A stretch of DNA of 64,000 bases. Origin: Lytechinus pictus (Eukaryota). This document shows positions 1 through 11,567 of the stretch, piece by piece; the first letter of the stretch is position 1, and every line of letters begins with the position of its first letter. The stretch covers positions 372,001 to 436,000 of the forward strand of contig NW_026974140.1 in the NCBI RefSeq assembly GCF_037042905.1, in the 5' to 3' direction. Both the position numbers and the translations under genes were made by a program. The notes under the pieces are model-generated. The model was not told the origin of the DNA. It was given only the letters and a program-made list of their open reading frames with translations, and did not search any database.

Positions 1-3000
1 CTTTGGCCTGCCGACTTCAAATTCGAACTTAGCCTGTATTTTGGTGTAATCTACCTACACACCCTAATTTTTTACATATCTGTTAAATATTTTATAAGTT
101 ATTATGAGGAAACCAACTCGCATATTTAATGACCCAGTGTAGTGGTCCACCTGCATTCCCCAACCAGTTATCAGGAGAGACATGCGGGTCACAGTTCTGT
201 GTGCGCGTCCTTGTAGGCGACCCAGATTGACTGGCTCCTCCAATATGCCTTTGAATGTCTTTGACAGATATATGGTGCTTTACAAATACTGTGCATCATC
301 TACCTACACACCCAAATATTTTTTTAATCTGTTCAATATATTTCATAAGATATCTTTAAGGAGCTGTGATCTTTGACCTGCATACTCCGAATTCAAACTT
401 AGCCTGTATTGGTATCATCTCCAGTGTACCTACACACTCAAATTTGTTTAAATATGTAGAATATTTTATAAGTTATCATGCAGAAACTAAATTGCATATT
501 TAATGAGCCGTGACCTTTATCCTGCCGACTACGAATTCGAACTTAGCCTGTATGTTGGTGTCATCTACCTACACACCCTAATTTTTTATAAATCTGTTGA
601 ATATTTTATAAGTTATTATGAGGAATCCAACTCGCATATTTAATGACCCGGTGTAGTGGTCCACCTGCATTTCCCCCAACCAGTTATCAGGAGAATCCTG
701 CGGGTCACAGTTCTGTGTGCACGCCCTTGTAGGCGACCCAGATTGGCTGGCTCCTCCAATATGCCTTTGAATGTCTTTGACAGATATATGGTGCTATACA
801 AATACTGTGCATCATAATTATCACCCTACACACCAAATATTTTTTTTATAAATCTGTTGAATATTTCATATCTTTAAGGAGCTGTGATCTTTGACCGGCA
901 TACTCCGAATTCAAACTTAGCCTGTATTGGTATCATCTCCAGTGTACCTACACACTCAAATTTGTTTAAATATGTAGAATATTTTATAAGTTATTATGCA
1001 GAAACTAAATTGCATATTTAATGAGCCGTGACCTTTGGCCTGCCGACTTCAAATTCGAACTTAGCCTGTATTTTGGTGTCATCTACCTACACACCCTAAT
1101 TCTTTATAAATCTGTTGAATATTTTATAAATTATTATGAGGAAACCAACTCGCATATTTAATGACCCAGTGTAGTGGTCCGACTGCATTCCCCCAACCAG
1201 TTATCAGGAGAGACATGCGGGTCACAGTTCTGTGTGCGCGTCCTTGTAGGCGACCCAGATTGGCTGGCTCCTCCAATATGCCTTTGAATGTCTTTGACAG
1301 ATATATGGTGCTTTACAAATACTGTGCATCATCTACCTACACACCCAAATTTTTTTTTTAATCTGTTCAATATATTTCATAAGATATCTTTAAGGAGCTG
1401 TGATCTTTGACCTGCATACTCCGAATTCAAACTTAGCCTGTATTGGTATCATCTACAGTGTACCTACACACTCAAATTTGTTTAAATATGTAGAATATTT
1501 TATAAGTTATCATGCGGAAACTAAATTGCATATTTAATGAGCCGTGACCTTTGGCCTGCGGACTACGAATTCGAACTAAGCCGATATTTTGGCAAATTTG
1601 GTGTCATCTACCTACACACCCTAATGATTTATAAATCTGTTGAATATTTTATAAGATATTATGAGGAAACCAACTTGCATATTTAATGAGCTGTGATCTT
1701 TGACCTGCCGACTACGAATTCGAACTTAGCCTGTATTTTGGTGTCATCTACCTACATACCCTAATATTTTATAAAATTGTTGAATATTTTATAAGTTATT
1801 TGGAGGAATCCAACTCGCATATTTAATGACCCGGTGTAGTGGTCCACCTGCATTCCCCCAACCAGTTATCAAGAGAATCCTGCGGGTCACAGTTCTGTGT
1901 GCACGCCCTTGTAGGCGACCCAGATTGGCTGGCTCCTCCAATATGCCTTTGAATGTCTTTGACAGATATATGGTGCTATACAAATAATGTGCATCATCTA
2001 CCTACACACCCAATTTTTTTTTTAAATCTGTTGAATATTTCATAAGATATCTTTAAGGAGCTGTGATCTTTGACCTGCTTACTCCGAATTCAAACGTAGC
2101 CTGTATTGGTATCATCTCCAGCGTACCTACACACTCAAATTTGTTTAAATATGTAGAATATTTTATAAGTTATCATGCGGATACTAAATTGCATATTTAA
2201 TGAGCCGTGACCTTTGGCCTGCGGACTACGAATTCGAACTTAGCCTGTATTTTGGTGTCATTTACCTACACACCCTATTTTTTTATAAATCTGTGGAATA
2301 TTGTATATTAAAGTTATCATGCGGAAACTAAATTGCATATTTAATGAGCCGTGACCTTTGGCCTGCCGACTACGAATTCGAACTTAGCCGGTATTTTGGC
2401 AAATTTTGTGTCATCTACCTACACACCCTAATGTTTTATAAATCTGTTGAATATTTTATAAGATATCATGAGGAAACCAACTCGCATATTTAATGAGCTG
2501 TGATCTTTGACCTGCATACTCCAAATTCAAACTTAGCCTTATCATCTACAGTGTGCCTACACACTCAAATTTGTTTAAATATGTATAATACTTTATAAGT
2601 TATCATGCTGAAACTAAATTGCATATTTAATGAGCCGTGACCATTGGCCTGCCGACTACGAATTCAAACTTAGCCTGTATTTTGGTGTCATCTACCTACA
2701 CACCCTAATTTTTTATAAATCTGTTGAATATTTTATAAGTTATTATGAGGAATCCAACTCGCTCATTTAATGACCCGGTGTAGTGGTCCACCTGCATTCC
2801 CCCAACCAGTTATTGGGAGAGACATGTGGGTCACAGTTATGTGTGCACACCCTTGTAGGCGACCCAGATTGGCTGGCTCCTCCAATATGCCTTTGAATGT
2901 CTTTGACAGATATATAGTGCTATACAAATACTGTGCATCATCATCATCTACCTACACACCCAAATTTTTTTTTAAATCTGTTGAATATTTCATAAGATAA

Positions 3001-3995
3001 CTTTAAGGAGCTGTGATCTTTGACCTGCATACTCCGAATTCAAACTTAGCCTGTATTGGTATCATCTACAGTGTACCTACACACTCAAATTTGTTTAAAT
3101 ATGTAGAATATTTTATAAGTTATCATGCGGAAACTAAATTGCATATTTAATGAGCCGTGACCTTTGGCCTGCGGACTACGAATTCGAACTTTGCCTGTAT
3201 TTTGGTGTCATCTACCTACACACCTTAATTTTTTATAAATATGTTGAATATTTTATAAGTTATCATGCAGAAACTAAATTGCATATTTAATGAGCCGCGA
3301 CCTTTGGCCTGCCGACTACGAATTTGAACTTAGCCGGTATTTTGGCAAATTTGGTGTCATCTACCTACACACCCTAATGTTTTATAAATCTGTTGAATAT
3401 TTTATTAGTTATTATGAGGAATCCAACTCGCATATTTAATGACCCGGTGTAGTGGTCCACCTGCATTCCCCCAACCAGTTATCAGGAGAGACCTGCGGGT
3501 CACAGTTCTGTGTGCGCGTCCTTGTAGGCGACCCAGATTGGCTGGCTCCTCCAATATGCCTTTGAATGTCTTTGACAGATATATGGTGCTATACAAATAC
3601 TGTGCATCATCTACCTACACACCCACATTTTTTTAAATCTGTTCAATATTTCATAAGATATTTTTAAGGAGCTGTGATCTTTGACCTGCATACTCCGAAT
3701 TCAAACTTAGCCTGTATTGGTATCATCTACAGTGTACCTACACACTCAAATTTGTTTTAATAAATATTTCATAAGTTATCATGCGGAAACAAACTTGGAT
3801 ATTCCATGAGCTGTGACCTTGGACCTGCAGACTCCGAATTCAAACTTTGCCTCTACTATGGTGTCATGTACCTACACACTAAATTTTTTTTTAATCAATC
3901 AAATATAAACCAAGTGGGGGGGGGGGGGGGCGGGCAAATCAACGGACAGGGGCAACGCTTAATGCCCCCTCCGGACTTTGTCTGCGGGGGCATAA
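1..3995 (+). repeat. Higher-order satellite array (~120-150 bp monomers plus a ~165 bp GC-richer block), probably the body of a non-autonomous Helentron/HINE-like element
   Basis: Monomer GAGCCGTGACCTTTGGCCTGCCGACTACGAATTCGAACTTAGCCTGTATTTTGGTGTCATCTACCTACACAC... recurs throughout. Block GACCCGGTGTAGTGGTCCACC...TACTGTGCATC occurs at ~131, 645, 1163, 1828, 2772 and 3441. Array ends in hairpin ATGCCCCC(3962-3969)...GGGGGCAT(3986-3993). Confidence 0.85.
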
Positions 3996-5320
3996 TTACC
4001 GAGGAGACGAATTTGAAGCGAGCCTGAATCAAGGCTGTGAAATTTATTAGCGCCACCATCGGGCTTCCTTTTATTTCCGTAGAAAGAAGAGACACGCAAA
4101 GTCACTTTCCAGTCCAAACTCCAAAGTAATCAAATTTTTTAAAATATGATTTTGATTTAAGAATTAAAAAATATACTATTGTATTATGGCTACTCACCGC
4201 AAAGCGCCCCGGTGAGTAGCGAGGAGTTCCGCCAAATATTAATTCTGTATTGTAATGAAGCGATGTTTGCCAACTTCACAGAAATCCAGGGCCAAATGCA
4301 GTTCGGTGTACGAGGTTAGTAGATTTGTACATGTAGCAACTATATATAGCAACTACAAATATAAGCAACTAGTAATGAGTGCATGGGGCCAGGCCGGCCA
4401 AGGCTACCACAACTATACTAGTACAGCAGGCGATGGTTCGTGTAGGCTCCACTGCACTTCACTACCGCTAACCTCCGCTTCACCTATAGTGGAGTGTTTA
4501 ATGGCTGGCTATACAAACCATCGCCTGAGTTTTATACTTATAGGCCTAGTCACTCAATGGTTCATTACATGCCGCCGCGCACAGAAAAATCAAGCAATAG
4601 AAGTTGTGTGTTGTGGACACCAGAAGTGGGATCGCAGCACGCGTGACCCACTAGTTAGAAATCCATTACCAAACGTGGTTAATGGTGCGAGGTTAGTATA
4701 CTAATACTAACCTCGCAATACCTGTGAGTGGAGTAGCCTAACATTAGAGTTTCATACGGCCAGGCAAAGCCAAAGCCCAAACTGTTCAATAACTTTTGTT
4801 GTCATCCAATTTCGATTCAATTTTCAGCATTTTGCTCGTTATGAATTTTACATTATTTTAAGATCAAGGCCTAAATATATTCAGCCTGTATAATTCATAA
4901 CCATTTTACTTTTTAGGTGTGCAGAAAAGACCAACCCCGTCCCCCCCTACCCCCTTATGGTCTGCTGACTACAGTACATAAACTTAAATACACGGGACTG
5001 TTGTTACACAGCTTTTTGCAAATGCAAGTTTGGTAACAACTAACGAATTCCCCTTTTTCAACGTAATTTTGAAGTCGAAAACATAGCTGAACTTACGAAT
5101 GCAATGTCCGTCCACATCCTACCGATTAGAGCAGTTGTATGCAGCTCATGTAGGCATGAATAACGTGAAATCTAAGCTAATAAGTTCACCAACATGCCAA
5201 CCTTCAGCAAGTTCAGGAGATGTGACCGTCCCGGAGCGAAAACAGCTTGAGCAAGGTGCAGCCAATCAGCGACCTTCTTATATCCCCTACCAGACAGAGG
5301 AGACGAACTTTTTTGGTGTA

Positions 5321-6078
5321 TGACGCAAAATCATTTCGTCGACGAATTTTTTTTTGTATTTTGACACAAAATCATTTCGTCGACTAAATTTTTCGTGTTT
5401 TGACACAAAATCATTTCGTCGACGATTTTTTTTTGGTGTTTTGACACAAAATCATTTCGTCGACGAAATAGATTTTGGCATCGCAACGAAATGAATTTCG
5501 TGGACACAATTTTATTTCGTCTCGACGAAATTGATTATAAGTGTGACACAAAATAAATTTCGTATACAAAATCACACTGCATCATGACGAAATGATTTTC
5601 GTTGGAGTGAAACACAATTTTTCGTACAGAATTTTCCATTGAACACTTGGGGCGCCATTTCGCTAGATCAAAATTAATTTCGTACGTGCGAAATACATTT
5701 TGTGGACGCAATTACATTTCGTCTCAACGAAAATTGATTTTGTGTGACAAAAATAATTTTGTATACGAAATAAAACTACGGTCATGACGAAATCATTTTC
5801 ATATGAACCAAAAAAAAATTGTGTACGGAATGGCGTGAATTGGACGGAATTTACCATCGGACATTTGGTGCGCCATTTCGTTTGATCAAAATTTATTTCG
5901 TATGGCACGCCAAATAAAGTTTGTGGACGCCATTACATTTCGTCTGGACGAAATTTATTTCGTGCATTTTGTCTAGACGAAATTAATTTTGTGTGACAAA
6001 AAATCAATTTCATATACGAAATAAAACAGCGTCATGACTTGGACGAAAAATACTGGCGGACACTTGGCGCCCCATACA
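5321..6078. repeat. Internally repetitive non-autonomous DNA element (39-bp and ~220-bp units)
   Basis: GACACAAAATCATTTCGTCGACGA-like unit x4 at 5321-5470. ACAYTTGGNGCGCCATTTCG at ~5643 and ~5861. Ends GGCGCCCCATA. Confidence 0.65.
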
Positions 6079-6079
6079 A

Positions 6080-6393
6080 TGCAAGCGACCGGTTTTGTAC
6101 ATGATCCAAGGGAGAAGTAAAAAAAATTCGAAGTCCGAAAAAGATCGCATTTTCATCTTGAAAATGTGTGCTTCTAATATTTGTGGTTTTGTATCACGTT
6201 GCGTCAATTGAAAGAAGAGATTCTACTCTGTAGGTTTTATGTACACAATTTTTAGTTTTGCTTACTTTAAAGAAAAATACAAGTGATTCAAAATGAAGCT
6301 ACTCATAAATGTGGACAAAATTGTCAAAACGCGAAAACGGCTTCGTCAGAGGTGAGTGTATTCGGAATTACGGCCATGCACCCAAAGGGTTAA
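6080..6393 (+). mobile_element. Right end of a piggyBac-like MITE
   Basis: Ends ...TGCACCCAAAGGG|TTAA, the near reverse complement of the TTAA|CCCTTTGCGTGC start at 61492. Left boundary uncertain. Confidence 0.5.
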
Positions 6394-7326
6394 GGACCAA
6401 GCAGTGACCAATTGGGCCACATAAGACAGTAGTTAGGTATTTGGAACGATTTTTAGTCAAGGTGAGCTTGTAATATTTCCAATCGAAAGGGATTGAACGC
6501 ATTTCCACAATTGCTCCACAGTCATGTTTATTTACTGCTAAAGTCATACATTGTATAAACAGTCAAAGTGGCCAAAATGATCAAAATGGTCACAACATTT
6601 TTATTACGTACTATTAGTAATATTATTTTGACATCAATAAGTATTTTGTCACTTATAATAATTGATATAAACCATCTTATTTACAACACAGAGCAACAAC
6701 AACATTTGAATCTTCTTTGAATCTTTTTTTGAAAACTTGTGTAAATTATGCCATTTTCAATTTTCCATACGTGTTTTCAAGAAAAACTTTAAATAATGTT
6801 ATTTTCAATCTTCATAGGCCTCTACAGCAATTATGCCATTATTTTCACACAACTTCACTACATTCTCTCCTAATATCATTTTAAAGTGTGTCAATCACCA
6901 AAGATATTCTGCTCTTGTTATCAGAGGTCATGGAATACTCAAATTATGATTTCTCAAATAATTTGTACGAAGAAATGTTGAAGAAATTATAACTCTCCAT
7001 AGGCACAGAAGCCACTCTTTGTTACAACACTTCATGTACTGGCAAGTGCTTATCAATATTTCTGAGGGTTTGCAGTAAATACAATACAGAATTTGTTTTT
7101 CAAGAGCACCAAATTGCTTCAATGCTTTCATTCATAAATATCATAATGAATAACATGCCCAATGCGCAGCGGAATGGAGTAGGAGCGCCATTTTTTAGTT
7201 CTAGTCATGAAATTTTCATAATATGACTTTTATCGTCAGGAACCATTATTTGAGGTAAAGACCGGTTTATTATATCAATATAACATTCGGTGTATCATCT
7301 GAAATATTTTGGGGGATTTTCTCCTC

Positions 7327-8193
7327 ATGAAGAAAGGATACGATCTGAGAAGTAAATCCAGACCCGGTCAACATCAACGCAATACCAGTGCGCGTGCTAG
7401 TGCATCGAGCCAACGCCCACTTCAGGTAGACCCAACGTCGCCACGTAAGCACATAAATGCAGACAACATGCCAGCTACGGAGGCATCGATCGCGGATCTT
7501 CAAAAATCATTCTCCGAGTTCTCTAGTCGGGTATGTGCTAAACTTGATATCATTCACACAGACCTGTCTTCAATAAAGAAAAAAGTATCGGATCTAGAAG
7601 CGGCTGCTGAGGATAATTCGGTACGAATGCTGAATCTGGAGAAAGAAAAACTGCCTCAATTGGAAAAAAAGTTACAAGATGAGATCGACTCTCTAAAGGA
7701 AAAGCTACTACTATCCGAAATATATCAAAGGAAATCAAATCTCTTGTTTTATGGGTTGGAAAGAAAAGAAAATGAAAATGTTTTGAATGTTCTTCGTGAT
7801 GCATTTATTTCGCTTGGTTTGAGTGACGAGGAATCACAGTCCGTAGCCTTGATCAATGCTCACCGTCTCCCATCAACTCGTAGAGCAACCAACACCAACG
7901 CACCAGAGCCTATCATCGCCAAGTTTGTTTACATGGCCCAAAGGAATCGGTTGCTATCTGCATTTGAAAGGAGGCCACAACGTCCAGGAAATGAGCAACC
8001 CAGCAAAACAAAAATCAGTGTTCGCACCGACTTACCCCCAGTGTTGAAAGCTGAGAGAGGAATTCTGGCTGCAAAAGCGTACAAATTCAGGAAAGAAGAC
8101 AACCTTTCAACCAAAATAGTTGTTGCCGGCACAAAAGTTATCCTGTACACCAAATCAAAAGAGTCAACAGAATGGAAGCGTTACCAAGAATAA
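7327..8193 (+). CDS. LINE A ORF1p (basic N-terminus, coiled coil, L1 ORF1/Transposase_22-like RRM and CTD), intact
   Basis: ATG at 7327 (MKKGYDLRSK). Heptad-rich region, then motifs RKSNLLFYGL, NAHRL, PIIAKF, VRTDLP. Homologous to the ORFs at 30037 and 51047. Confidence 0.85.
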   Translation: MKKGYDLRSKSRPGQHQRNTSARASASSQRPLQVDPTSPRKHINADNMPATEASIADLQKSFSEFSSRVCAKLDIIHTDLSSIKKKVSDLEAAAEDNSVRMLNLEKEKLPQLEKKLQDEIDSLKEKLLLSEIYQRKSNLLFYGLERKENENVLNVLRDAFISLGLSDEESQSVALINAHRLPSTRRATNTNAPEPIIAKFVYMAQRNRLLSAFERRPQRPGNEQPSKTKISVRTDLPPVLKAERGILAAKAYKFRKEDNLSTKIVVAGTKVILYTKSKESTEWKRYQE

Positions 8194-11100
8194 AAGAGTA
8201 AGAACCCACGATTATTCTTGTTTTCCTAATACTAGAGCAAAGTTGTCTTAAAATAATAATATAATGATAAGCACAAACAATTTTTCCGGAATGTTCTTCA
8301 AATTCTAGTAACTCATATCCTATGTAAAAATCAAACGCCTTAGTTGGATCAAAGCTCACCAACACGGTCATAGGCCTACAGACTTTATACACAGGTGTAT
8401 GCTGTTTGAATTGCTTACAAGAAGCTAACCTTGTGTTAGTGTCTCTACCAAATATCTGTAATATCGAATTCTTATCGGCCTGGTAGTGTATAATCCATAT
8501 TTTGACATAAACATGGTTTCCAAATCGTTTAGTAAACGAAACACATTTAATATTCATACAGCTGCAATGTAAAGGTTGTAATTTATCCCCCAAACAAACC
8601 AAAACAACAACATCCAAATCTTCATAAGTCCTTCACCTAAAGCAAATAAAAAAGAAAAAAAAATCTCTGCAATGATTAGTAAACACAAAATATATATTGT
8701 GAGATGCATTCGCCAAAATGTGAGGACTTGTATTAGAATGTGAATCTTTTATTTGAAATCTGTCAATTTCTACAGAGATTGCTAAACATAACATTATCTT
8801 CATACCTTACTATGCACTTATTATGATATCCATTCAGCCAGATGTGCAGATATTATGTGGTTTTGTTGTTTGGGGAAAAGAAAAACTATAAATGTCACAA
8901 TTCATATAGATTGTATAATGGAAGAATATGGAGAAAAAACATTTTGTTAACAAATCAATTTGAATGAATTGAAGATACAGTGTGTATTTCATCTAACTAT
9001 ATATGAATTTGCACGCGGTTGTATATAGCTTGCTCAAATACATCCGAGTCGGGATCTATCTTTAACTTAAATAGTGACGATTTATGCAGATGTTAAACAC
9101 AAGACTATTATAAGTATATAAATCCTTCACTAAATGTGAAATATATATAATCCTAAAATACATCTAATTCAATGTGGAACTTCTGTTTCAAATGTGACAA
9201 TTACTGCAGATATTGTCATCAAAGCATAAGATTATCATTAGTATATAAATCATATCTCACTATATATTATCAGATCCATTCAGCTAAAAGTTGAAAATAT
9301 TTGGTTGTGTTTTGTTCGAGGAAATTATTTAAATAAATTATTTTTGTAAACAACCAAATCTGAATAATTTGCCAATATATCGTGAGACTCATAGATGTGA
9401 ATGTTTACACGCGGTTGCATTTTATTAAAATACATTCGATTCATTATCAATCTTTTACTTGGAATGTAACGACTCTGTAGACACTTTTTTTCAATCATAT
9501 TTAAAAAATAAATATGTCATTTCTGTATCAAATATATCTAGCTCCAGTTAAATCTTTTATTTCTATGTGATCCGACAATATGTGATCCGACAATTTCTGC
9601 AAAAGTTGTTAAACATTGAACTATCATTAGTATACAAACCATATATACAGTGAGATGCATTTGCCAAATGTGAAGATATGAGGTAATATTTTATCCAAAC
9701 ATATCTAATTCTATCTGGATCTAATATTTGAAATTTGTCATTTTCTGCAGATATTTTTTATTAAACATATAAGATTATCATCAATATACAAATTATATTT
9801 CAATATACATTATTAGATTCAATCAACAACATATGAAAATATTTGGTTGTGTTTTGTTCGAAGGAAAACAACTACCTGTAAGTCTTTATAGAGCTTCAGT
9901 TAAATGTGATAATTTCTAGATTATCTAGAAGGAAAATATTGAATATATTATATTGTCTTTGTAAACACCACAGTTAAATTTCAATTTCAATATATCATGA
10001 GATTCATTTAGCTAGTTGTGAAAGTGTACGCTAAATCTAGCTCTATGTGAATCTTTCTTTTTTTCATACTGGAGATGCGAAATTTCTGCAGAAATTGTTA
10101 AAGAAGTGACTACCATTAGTATACTTCATATTTCATCACATATTGTGAGACTCTAATATGAAGACATGTGGATGTATTTTGTAGATCTCGTTGTTTTCTT
10201 TTGCTGTAGAACTAGAATGTGAAGGTGCACACGCGGATGTGGTTTATTCACCGTGAGCTGATATCAATCTTTTACGGGAAAAGTGAACTCTAAATTGGAA
10301 GGCTCGAATTGTTACATTTTATTTTATCTTGTTTTTGGCGCCTCAAGTGAAAAATTAGACTAAATCGATAAACAAAGGGAAGGGAAATACAAAAAAAAAA
10401 ATGTTTTATGTAATCAACTTCCTGATTGCTGCAATTCACTATATGAGTGAGTTTAGGGACACCTCATTGCTTTGTCCCCGGATAATAACAACTGTGCCTA
10501 TATGGCGGTTTACTGGACCGTACCTGTATACATGTTTCTTGCTATCTCGATGGCCATGTGACGTGACGGGGTGTTCCATTGTTATTAATCGGTGAATAAA
10601 CTCATCACGTTGTCCATGTATTACCCGTTGCCAGGTCAGGGCAGTTTTTATAATAATCATTTGATCGTCCAGACATTTATTGACAATAGTAGCAAATTTA
10701 TTGGACATTGTGAAATTTTCCCTTTCTTACATCCACCAGCTTTTGCTGAATCAACCTGTATGCAGCCATTATGTGTATAGGCCCTATGCAACCATGCATT
10801 ATGTGATTAAAGCAGCACGCATGCAGTATATCCATTATGGCACCACCCTTTGGTTGTACATGACATTATGTGCTAATTTATCATCCTTTTCACGAACCAT
10901 CCTTATGTTTTCAGAGGTCATGAACTAATTTTGAGAAACTTGTGTTTAATTTCTAGCTTTTAGAATTTAATTTTTATTTTGAATACCAACACAAGTGATC
11001 GATCAAGAAAAATAAAAGACTGAAATTTTACGAGATATTCAACAATTGACATCTCATTAGAAATTAACAAATTAAAATTATTCTTTGATTCTGTATTGAC

Positions 11101-11567
11101 TCTGACCTCTGAGACACTACGTGATGTCGATGACCAATTATATCAATATATATATAAATGTATTTCTTTATTATTTCAGTGCCACTGATACTTTGTGTTT
11201 AAAAGGTTCCTTCGCATACAAATCATGGCTGAGACACTCAGAAATAAGAGTGTTCATTACATTTCGATTATGAATATTCATTATCAGGTTCAGGTTGTAG
11301 GATTTCAATTCTACAATCATCACCTCCATCATCATTGTCATCATTGTCAGCTTTTTCATCATCATCATCATCATCATAGTCACCAACAGCAAATTCGATT
11401 TCACATTCATCCTTTATTAGTTTTTTTAAACTTCTTCCTCTCTTCATCTCATCACCATCACTACCACCATCTTGCTGTTATGACACAGAAAATTTACACA
11501 CAAATCACATATCATACCAATAATCTTAAGTTTTTGGTAATATCAAATTATCCTCCTGAGTAATGAC
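8194..11567 (+). repeat. LINE A inter-ORF spacer with degenerate tandem repeats and a (CAT)n tract
   Basis: Recurring CACGCGG(T/A)TG (~9013, 9408, 10230), GAGATGCATT.GCCAAA (~8701, 9651) and AAGATTATCAT motifs. (CAT)n-rich at 11315-11470. No long ORF. Confidence 0.6.

Noticed and set aside
1..3800. CRISPR-like array, or repeated 63-76 aa genes
   Set aside because: The intervening blocks are near-identical rather than unique spacers, the context is eukaryotic with no cas genes, and the ORFs are by-products of satellite units.
4255..4704. 149-aa ORF
   Set aside because: No recognisable motif, and it lies inside a hairpin-bounded repeat-like segment.
8138..8617. 159-aa antisense ORF behind LINE A ORF1
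   Set aside because: Non-ATG start, no counterpart in LINE B or C, and no motif.
8600..10300. LINE A spacer as a decayed C2H2 zinc-finger array (HTGD at ~10065)
   Set aside because: Single chance linker-like match with no 84-bp periodicity.
11195..11563. His-rich 122-aa protein
   Set aside because: Translation of a (CAT)n microsatellite with a non-ATG start.
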